From assembly GCA_963847625.1 (NCBI GenBank), contig CAWKAR010000033.1, positions 64,001 to 128,000 on the forward strand: a DNA stretch of 64,000 bases, in the 5' to 3' direction. The stretch comes from a candidate division FCPU426 bacterium (GTDB lineage: Bacteria > Oederibacteriota > Muellerivitia > Muellerivitales > Muellerivitaceae). The first letter of the stretch is position 1; the number at the start of each line of letters is the position of its first letter. Both the position numbers and the translations under genes were made by a program. Of the stretch, positions 57,235-64,000 are shown in pieces. Below the pieces are notes generated by a model. That model did no database searches and was not told the origin of the DNA. It worked only from the letters and a program-made list of their open reading frames with translations.

Positions 57235-59253
57235 TCACCACTTGTCAGACCGGGGTTCGAAAGGGACGATCTTGTGGCGGATCAGTTCAAAGGCCAACCA
57301 AGAAGCGACAAGGATATGACCCCCCCGGTACATATGGTCATTTCCTCCGATTTCCGAAAGGGGATAAAAACTAACGCGGAAGGTCTTCATTTCAGGACTC
57401 AAATCGAAGTAATCGACATGGGCTTTCTCACAAACTTTCTTGAAGACGTCCATGCTCATCTGCGGCAATACTGTCCCGGGCAAGGTAAACAGGGCTTCCT
57501 CCAGCCTAACCGGGTTTCCTTGCGAGGTCTTTATTGCGTTCAGCTTTTTCTTCAAAAGCGCCACCGGCTCCGAGATCATTTGAGCGGCGCAATCCACTAG
57601 TTCAGGATCCGTAGGTTTGGCGGGCAACATCCATTGGATCGTGTTGATGGGGTTAATGAGACAGTACTTTTTGGCGAGGAGCAGGTCCAAAAATTTCCTC
57701 GGGGTGCCTTTGGTCCTTTCCAGGACGGGCTTCAGAATAAACTCAGGATCGAACGTGTACGAGGGAATGCCTTCGTCGGTCAGGGGCTTTTGAAAATAAC
57801 CCCCCACCAAAAAGTCGGGAGGATAAAGGCACATAACCAAGTCCACGTCGAACTTCTTGGCGAGGTCGGGTATCGTGTAATAGGACCAGATCACAAAGTC
57901 ATCGTCCACCGCCCTCGACGAATTGAAAACCTCGAAACGAGTCGGTACATCCCAAAGGCAGGCCATCATATTGAGGGTCTCCTCCAACCGCTTGCATATG
58001 CCGTTACTGCGTTGCCCATAGACCCCATCTGGCGAAGGATTGGGATCCTCAGGCATGACGCCCGCGGAGCGCGAATCGCCAAAGAGAATAATGCGAAATG
58101 TATGGGGTGGTTTTTTCCAGGGATACTCATAGTCCAGAAGGCCGCCGGTGTTTCCCAAATGAGGAGCTTGCAGGTCGTACAAATCCATTTCGCGATAGGA
58201 GGTCACGATGTTGAGTTGGGGGTGCGAGAAGAAAAGTTTGCGCTCCGATTGCGGGTCCGGAATCAAAGCCATGGGAGAACTGTCATGGATATCGCTGAAA
58301 AAGGCCTCCAGAAGTGGATCCTTGGTCGTTTTTCCCCAGACCGAAACGAAAGTGACGGGTTGATATTGCGGGAGCAGGCGGGCCAGGGGGGCGGTATCCA
58401 TCCTTTGGACCGCGTAGAGGATTTTCCCGGCCCAGGCCAAGCTTTCAATTTTTTCCCCATGTGCGCAGAGGTTCCAATTGAAGGTGGCCGCCTGTCCGGC
58501 GGCGGTGACGGGAACGCCCTCGTAAACCTCTTGCCCCGCTTGGTTCGCCACGTAAAGCCGGTCGCCGGCCCCACAGAGGGCCGCTGGCTTGGGGATTTCG
58601 GCCTTCCCTTGAAAGAGCGTGGTGACTTGGTGCGTCTTCAAATCCAATGCCCTCATGGCCCCAGGGTCCGGCTGGGTAAAGAAAAGTTTCCCTTGGGAGG
58701 CCAGGTAAACCATGTTTCCCACGATTCCCACCTGGGCTTTATCGCCTATTCCATCGCTGACACCGGCCTGGCCGTTCCCGGCCAAGGTGGACACGGTTTT
58801 CGTTTTCAGGTTGATCAAGCGAATGCGGGAATTGCCCTCATCGCTGACGGCGATTTGATCATCCGGGAGGACGGCCAGTTGATTGGGAAGGTTGAACACG
58901 GCGGCGGAAAGGGAGCCGTCCTTAAAGCCGGCTTGGCCTGTCCCCGCCACAGTGGAAACCTGGTTGGCATGTTCAAAATCCACCATTCGGACGCAATGGT
59001 TGCCCCGGTCGGCGACGTAAAGCTTGGTTCCCTCCGGGTTGATGGCCATTCCGCAGGGATTGTTAAAACGGGAGGAATAAAAGACCCCGTTGATCAATCC
59101 TGGGTCCCAGTCGCCGGCCACCAGGTCCTGGAAGCTGCTCATGGGACCGATGGCCAGGGAGGGAAGGGGAATCAAAAGCGAAATGATTAGCGGACATAGG
59201 AATCGCTTCATCACCCCAAGGGCTGTTCCCTGAAGAACCAGTCTTCGTTTCAT
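57235..59253 (-). CDS. Exported NHL-repeat protein with C-terminal SGNH-like domain
   Basis: Signal peptide, NHL repeats (FNNPCG, LYVADRGNH, TVAGTG.AG..DG), FGDS, GNDH; GGAGG RBS before ATG 59253. Confidence 0.8.
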   Translation of the reverse strand: MKRRLVLQGTALGVMKRFLCPLIISLLIPLPSLAIGPMSSFQDLVAGDWDPGLINGVFYSSRFNNPCGMAINPEGTKLYVADRGNHCVRMVDFEHANQVSTVAGTGQAGFKDGSLSAAVFNLPNQLAVLPDDQIAVSDEGNSRIRLINLKTKTVSTLAGNGQAGVSDGIGDKAQVGIVGNMVYLASQGKLFFTQPDPGAMRALDLKTHQVTTLFQGKAEIPKPAALCGAGDRLYVANQAGQEVYEGVPVTAAGQAATFNWNLCAHGEKIESLAWAGKILYAVQRMDTAPLARLLPQYQPVTFVSVWGKTTKDPLLEAFFSDIHDSSPMALIPDPQSERKLFFSHPQLNIVTSYREMDLYDLQAPHLGNTGGLLDYEYPWKKPPHTFRIILFGDSRSAGVMPEDPNPSPDGVYGQRSNGICKRLEETLNMMACLWDVPTRFEVFNSSRAVDDDFVIWSYYTIPDLAKKFDVDLVMCLYPPDFLVGGYFQKPLTDEGIPSYTFDPEFILKPVLERTKGTPRKFLDLLLAKKYCLINPINTIQWMLPAKPTDPELVDCAAQMISEPVALLKKKLNAIKTSQGNPVRLEEALFTLPGTVLPQMSMDVFKKVCEKAHVDYFDLSPEMKTFRVSFYPLSEIGGNDHMYRGGHILVASWLAFELIRHKIVPFEPRSDKW

Positions 59254-59693
59254 ACTTGCCTCCGGATCCAATTTAAAATTCACTAGGGAGAATCGGCGCA
59301 TATCCTCCCCTGACAAAAACCCCAAAAACGTCCCTGTAGCTTATCCCAATCACCTTCAGGGGGCAACTTATAAGGAAAGATTCCAAGGTTGAATATGCTG
59401 AGATGATAAAAAAATACTTGGATTAAAGAAAAACCCCTACCGATTTTTATATCGAGGGGTTTTATCTCTTTTTGTCATCATAATAAAAAGTGTAATTATG
59501 GGCGTGTCAGATGTCCTACAATCCGAAAATGTGTCATAGAGCTAATAGTTATTGATCACATCTTCTACTCTAGACGGCAAAAAACCGATTTATTTCATAA
59601 ATTTTATCATATTGGTAAAAACCTTATAGTTTTCCTTATTATCTGAACCAAATTCTGGTATGACGTTTCAAACAGACGAGTGAAAGAGAAAGG

Positions 59694-60356
59694 ATGCATG
59701 GGAACATGAGCGACGACCGAATAGAAGATCGCCGGGACATGGTGAAGGAGCAATTGGAAAAGCGGGCCATCCGGAATCCCCTGGTCCTGCAGGCCATGCT
59801 GGATATTCCGCGGCACCTCTTCGTGCCGTCCCACTTGCAGGATGAGGCCTACCGTGACGGCGCTCTCGATCTCGGGAAAAATCAATCCATCAGCCAGCCC
59901 TATATCGTTGCCTCCATGATTCAATCCATCGAGCCCCAAAACACCCACCGGGTCCTGGAAGTTGGGACGGGGAGCGGTTATTCGGCGGCGGTCCTGTCCC
60001 ACCTGGTGGAAAAGGTCTATTCCATCGAACGGGACGAAAGCCTGATCGCCCCGGCCTTGAAGATATTCAAAGATTTAAACATAACCAATATCCTGGTGAA
60101 AAAAGGGGACGGCTCGCTCGGTTGGGCCGAGGAGGGACCCTTTGATGCGATCCTTGTGACCGCGGCGGCCCCCCAGGTCCCTCCCGCCCTGGTGGCGCAA
60201 TTAAAGGTAGGCGGTGTCCTCGTGCTTCCCATCGGGGGGCGGGGAGAGCAAAAACTTTTCAGGGTGGTCAAGCGCGGAGAAGGCCGTTACCAGGAAAAAG
60301 AGCTTTACGCCGTCCGGTTCGTCCCCTTGATCGGGGAACAAGGTTGGAAGGAATAA
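59694..60356 (+). CDS. pcm: Protein-L-isoaspartate O-methyltransferase
   Basis: PRHLFVP, QSISQPYIV, VLEVGTGSGY, GDGSLGW, FDAILVTAA, VRFVPL. Confidence 0.95.
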   Translation: MHGNMSDDRIEDRRDMVKEQLEKRAIRNPLVLQAMLDIPRHLFVPSHLQDEAYRDGALDLGKNQSISQPYIVASMIQSIEPQNTHRVLEVGTGSGYSAAVLSHLVEKVYSIERDESLIAPALKIFKDLNITNILVKKGDGSLGWAEEGPFDAILVTAAAPQVPPALVAQLKVGGVLVLPIGGRGEQKLFRVVKRGEGRYQEKELYAVRFVPLIGEQGWKE

Positions 60357-60361
60357 CGATC

Positions 60362-61228
60362 ATGAATCGCCCAAATACCAAGCTGCCGGAAACTGATTGG
60401 TTTACCTTCGCGAAAATAATTTTCCCGGTTTTTTCCGTGGTATTAACAGGGTTTTTTACCCAACCAAGTTTGTGCCGGGCCGAGGACCAAGAAAAGTCCG
60501 CCGCGTATGAGTTCCAAAAGGGTTTGGCGGCCCTTCAAGAGCGGAACTTCGAGGAAGCCAAGAAGTGGTTCCTTTATTCCGCGAACAAGGGGTATCCCGA
60601 CGCCCAGTACTTCGTGGGATACATGGATTCCAAGGGTTGGGTCGGGCAGGTGGACTGGGACCAGGCCTTCCTCTGGTTCAAGAAATCGGCGAAAGCCGGA
60701 AAAAAAGAAGCCCAATATCAAACAGCCAGCTGTTATTTCGACGGAAAAGGAACGAAAAAGGACCCGGCCCTGGGCATGGAATGGCTGGAGAAATCCGTGA
60801 ACCAGGGGGAGCCGGACGCCGAGTGCCGTTTGGGGATTTGTTACGCCCGGGGGGAAGGGGTCACAAAAAACCCAGTGATGGCCACGAAATGTTTCAAATC
60901 GGCCCTGGAACACGGCTGTAAATTGATCCCCCCAGACCCGGCCCGGATGAACCTGGAGGGGGCTTCCGTAATGGTGGAGGGCTATTTAAAGGCGAATACC
61001 GATAAAACCTCCGGGAAGACGACGGGCTGGGTTCTCTTCCTCGAGAAGCCGATCGCTCTGGGAAAGAAAAAAAACATCGCGGCCCTCCAGGTGGACCCGG
61101 CCCAAGTGACGGACGAAATGTCCCAACAAAGGGTTTTTATAAGGGGCATTTACCATTGGCTTACCAACCCCCAACAGGGGTTCGAGTTGGAAGTCATTCC
61201 CACCCGGATCAATGTGCAGGATCAATAA
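60362..61228 (+). CDS. Sel1-like repeat protein
   Basis: Repeats AQY.VG.M..KG, AQY...CY..GKG, LGICYARGEGV. Confidence 0.85.
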   Translation: MNRPNTKLPETDWFTFAKIIFPVFSVVLTGFFTQPSLCRAEDQEKSAAYEFQKGLAALQERNFEEAKKWFLYSANKGYPDAQYFVGYMDSKGWVGQVDWDQAFLWFKKSAKAGKKEAQYQTASCYFDGKGTKKDPALGMEWLEKSVNQGEPDAECRLGICYARGEGVTKNPVMATKCFKSALEHGCKLIPPDPARMNLEGASVMVEGYLKANTDKTSGKTTGWVLFLEKPIALGKKKNIAALQVDPAQVTDEMSQQRVFIRGIYHWLTNPQQGFELEVIPTRINVQDQ

Positions 61229-61247
61229 TCCGCCTGTTTCCGGGAAG

Positions 61248-63440
61248 TCATTTCTTTTGAGTGATCTTGCCGAAAGCTGAGGCGGGTACCATCTCCCAAC
61301 CTTTGTCGCCGGGTTTTTCCCAAATCAAATGAACCGCCAGGTTGGAGCCCTGATCCTTCTCGAATTCCAGCCGGATGGGATGGGACCCGGTCCTGAGGGA
61401 TACCGGCTTCTCCAGAAGAATGGGTTTGTTGTCCAGGGACAACCTGGCCCGGTCCGTGGTCAATACTTGGAACTGGTAATTTCCTTTGCGGGGGACGGTC
61501 AGGCTTCCATCCCACCGGATGCGGAAGGGAGGGGCGGCGGTGAAGGGGAATTCCCATTTGGTGCCGAAATTCAAAAGGGCATCCCACCGAACCACCAATG
61601 GCCGGGCCTTCCAACGGCCCGACTGGATGTAAACGCCCTTCAAACCCCGGTCCCAAGGCTTGTAACTGGAGAAGGTTTCCTTTGCGACCGCGTCCACGTA
61701 CACCAAGGTATGGCCCAGGGCGTCCCTCAACCCCGTTTGCTGGCCCATGGGAAACAATAGCTGGAGGAAATCCAGTGTGCCGGCTTTATCCTCGCCTAAG
61801 AGGAATATCGAGTCCTTATCGGCGGGGAGGCGGCCGCGGGAAAGGGCCGCCAGGCTGAAGGCCGACATGTTGCCCCGGGCCGAGTAACCCAAAAAGTCCA
61901 CGGTGTGATTTTTATAATAAAAGGGCTCGATATAGTAATAAAAGCCCCCGGGGACGTGGCGTTCCAAGTCTTCCAAAGTCCGGCCGATATAGGTTTGCTC
62001 CACCCCGAAACTCCTCCAGCATTCCTCGTTTCCGGCTTGGTCCGCGAAATAAGTGCGGGCATTTTGCGAGGCGATGATACCCAACAAAAGATATAGAAGA
62101 ACCGCCGGAATCCTTGAGCCCCGGAAAGCCCCGGCTTTTTGCCAGAAAAAATCCAACGCGCTGCCGGCGAAATAGGCCGCGAAAGGCGTCAAAGCCACCA
62201 GGCGGTTGGAATGCGACACATCGGTGGATAGGAGCCCGGGAAGGGCCATGACCCAAAATCCCCAGAGTGAATAAAAGCCGGAGGGTTCCCGTCTTTTTCT
62301 CCAAAGAAGCGCCAGGCCCAGGACAAAAAGGATGGCGGTGGAGTCGTCGAGCATCCGATGGCCGGGAATGTTGTGGCGGGGATTCCGGTCCCCGGAGCGG
62401 TTGAACATCAAGGCGGTTCCGGTCCAGACGTCCCAAAGGGGTTCCAAGCTCTTCTGCCGCAAGATCTCGGTGCCGATGAATAATTCCTTCTCCCGGTGCC
62501 CGATATTTCCCCGGCTCCACATGCAGGCCAGGAGCGGCGCGGTCAGGGCCAGCACCAACAGGAAATAAATCAGGATAGGCCGAAGCATGTTTTTCCTTTT
62601 ACGCACGACCAACTCGTAAAAAGAAAAAACCACCATGAGCAGAGGCACGATCTTGAAGGCCTGGTAAGTGTAGAAGCCGGCACTTACAAACAATGCGGAA
62701 AGATAAAAGGCCCACTTCTTACCGCTTTGAAGCCAGTGGGACCAAAAGGCGATTGCCCCGAAGAGGTAGAAGGGAACCTGGAGGCTGGGGTAGCCGTTGC
62801 GGGTTTCGATCCAATTCCAACGCATGACGGCCAGGAGGAACAAAGAAAAAAGCGCCGTGCGTTGCCCGGACCATTGCCGGATGGCCCAGTAAACCAAGGG
62901 GAAGGCGGCCAGGGACAGGAGGATGAAGAAGAGGTGGAAAGTGAAATAGGAAGAACCCACCAGGCCGAACCATCCCGCCAATTGGTAGAAGAGAAGGATC
63001 TCGGGCACCTCGTAGTCCAACAACTCCCCGAAAGGGCGCCAGCCCTCGTGCAGGATGCGCAAGGCGCAAAGGCCGGTCAAACCCTGGTCGGTATGCATTC
63101 CCGAGGGCATGGAATCCAGGCGGTAGACCCGGAGAAAAAAGCCCAATCCCAGGATCAGCGCGGCCAGTAGGATCTCGATTTTCAAGGGAAGAGGGTTGGA
63201 GATGGCTGGGGAAGGGGAGGAAAGGCCCCGGAGCTTCCAAAGAGCCAACCCGTAGAACAACAGGCCGGGCCAAAGAGTGAGGGGGTTTCCGGTCCTGGAA
63301 AGAAAAGCCTGTCCCACCAGGGCCAGGATGAGTACCGGAAAAACCGGCATAAACGGTGAAATGGACGGTGCCGGCCTTTTTTCCGGATTTTTAAAAAGTT
63401 GGGATAAAACCAACTCAAAACTCCTTTTTAGTTTGTTCAA
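61248..63440 (-). CDS. GT-C (ArnT/PMT-like) membrane protein with C-terminal PA14 domain
   Basis: RVYRL..MPSGMHTDQ, GFYTY, RHN.PG..MLD; PA14 motifs GLKGVY, F.IRWDG, G.YQF, GSHPIRLE, VPASA. Confidence 0.82.
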   Translation of the reverse strand: MNKLKRSFELVLSQLFKNPEKRPAPSISPFMPVFPVLILALVGQAFLSRTGNPLTLWPGLLFYGLALWKLRGLSSPSPAISNPLPLKIEILLAALILGLGFFLRVYRLDSMPSGMHTDQGLTGLCALRILHEGWRPFGELLDYEVPEILLFYQLAGWFGLVGSSYFTFHLFFILLSLAAFPLVYWAIRQWSGQRTALFSLFLLAVMRWNWIETRNGYPSLQVPFYLFGAIAFWSHWLQSGKKWAFYLSALFVSAGFYTYQAFKIVPLLMVVFSFYELVVRKRKNMLRPILIYFLLVLALTAPLLACMWSRGNIGHREKELFIGTEILRQKSLEPLWDVWTGTALMFNRSGDRNPRHNIPGHRMLDDSTAILFVLGLALLWRKRREPSGFYSLWGFWVMALPGLLSTDVSHSNRLVALTPFAAYFAGSALDFFWQKAGAFRGSRIPAVLLYLLLGIIASQNARTYFADQAGNEECWRSFGVEQTYIGRTLEDLERHVPGGFYYYIEPFYYKNHTVDFLGYSARGNMSAFSLAALSRGRLPADKDSIFLLGEDKAGTLDFLQLLFPMGQQTGLRDALGHTLVYVDAVAKETFSSYKPWDRGLKGVYIQSGRWKARPLVVRWDALLNFGTKWEFPFTAAPPFRIRWDGSLTVPRKGNYQFQVLTTDRARLSLDNKPILLEKPVSLRTGSHPIRLEFEKDQGSNLAVHLIWEKPGDKGWEMVPASAFGKITQKK

Positions 63441-63485
63441 AATACCAAACCATCATACTCGAAAAAGGGCATTATCAACGTTGAC

Positions 63486-63584
63486 CGGCTGGTTTAAGGC
63501 CCCGGCTTTAGCCGGGGACAAGCCGTGTACTTGGCCGGGGTACATGCCCCGGCCAAGTGGCGACTCGAAGAGTCGTCCCTTGAC
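63486..63584. mobile_element. 99-nt palindromic element, second full copy (intergenic)
   Basis: TTGAC|CGGCTG...CCCCGGCTTTAGCCGGGG...CCCTTGAC; same length and architecture as 9296..9394. Confidence 0.8.
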
Positions 63585-63661
63585 GGTGGAGAATGGGCTG
63601 AATAGGATAGCTCCGCCGCGTTTGACACGGCTTAAAACGAAATTATCCATATCGAGCCACC

Positions 63662-64000
63662 ATGCTTCCAAGTAAAAACTTTCCCCTATTTTCCCTGTCA
63701 GCCGGTCCTTTTCGTTCATGGACCCTGATCCCGGCGCTTTTGGTTTGGGCGGCCTTGGCTGTCTACCAACCGGTTCTTTCCTTGAACCCATTAAGCGGGA
63801 TCGGCCCTTTGCCCTTGTCCATCGCCGCCGACGCTGTTTTCCTTTTCGTGGTGATGAATCTGTTTGTTTCCTCATTCCTTTCACCCGACTATTCAATGGT
63901 TTTCCGGCTGTTCCTCGCCGGGATGGCCGGGTTGGCTTTTTTCGAAGCGCTTCTCGGGGCGGTGGACTTGGCCTTCGGCCAGCTCTTTTGGGGCTGGATC
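63662..64000 (+). CDS. 5' part of a membrane protein (runs off the window edge)
   Basis: Not in the ORF track. ATG 63662 is open to the end: MLPSKNFPLFSLSAGPFRSWTLIPALLVWAALAV...; three hydrophobic segments. Confidence 0.7.
   Translation, partial: MLPSKNFPLFSLSAGPFRSWTLIPALLVWAALAVYQPVLSLNPLSGIGPLPLSIAADAVFLFVVMNLFVSSFLSPDYSMVFRLFLAGMAGLAFFEALLGAVDLAFGQLFWGWI

Noticed and set aside
57634..59190. 518-aa plus-strand ORF and other long antisense ORFs (e.g. 5523..6695, 16227..17165)
   Set aside because: They are shadows of well-supported opposite-strand genes and carry no motifs.
63453..63896. 147-aa minus-strand ORF
   Set aside because: It is made of the antisense of the membrane gene at 63662 plus the 99-nt element.

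Overview
This is a 64-kb bacterial chromosomal segment. Housekeeping genes (glpE, ispH, addB/addA, hpnC/hpnD/hpnE, tRNA-Val(CAC), pcm) are interleaved with a very large cell-envelope glycosylation load. That load includes about 11 full-length GT-C (ArnT/PMT-like) membrane glycosyltransferase genes, seven of them one paralogous GT-C+TPR family. It also includes an SGNH/DltX-like peptide/MBOAT acylation module, a split-transketolase/epimerase-GT2/sulfotransferase-like sugar cluster, and an acyltransferase. The most striking unexplained structure is a repeated scar. At four loci a cargo gene or block sits between an intact resident gene and a decayed second copy of that gene's own 5' or 3' end (gene <1..273, hpnE, hpnD, NHL-SGNH gene), with no integrase or transposase visible in the window. 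A 99-nt multi-hairpin element with compensatory base changes occurs in two full copies and one broken copy, and one copy splits an EVE-domain gene. All product calls come from motif recognition by eye; no searches were run.
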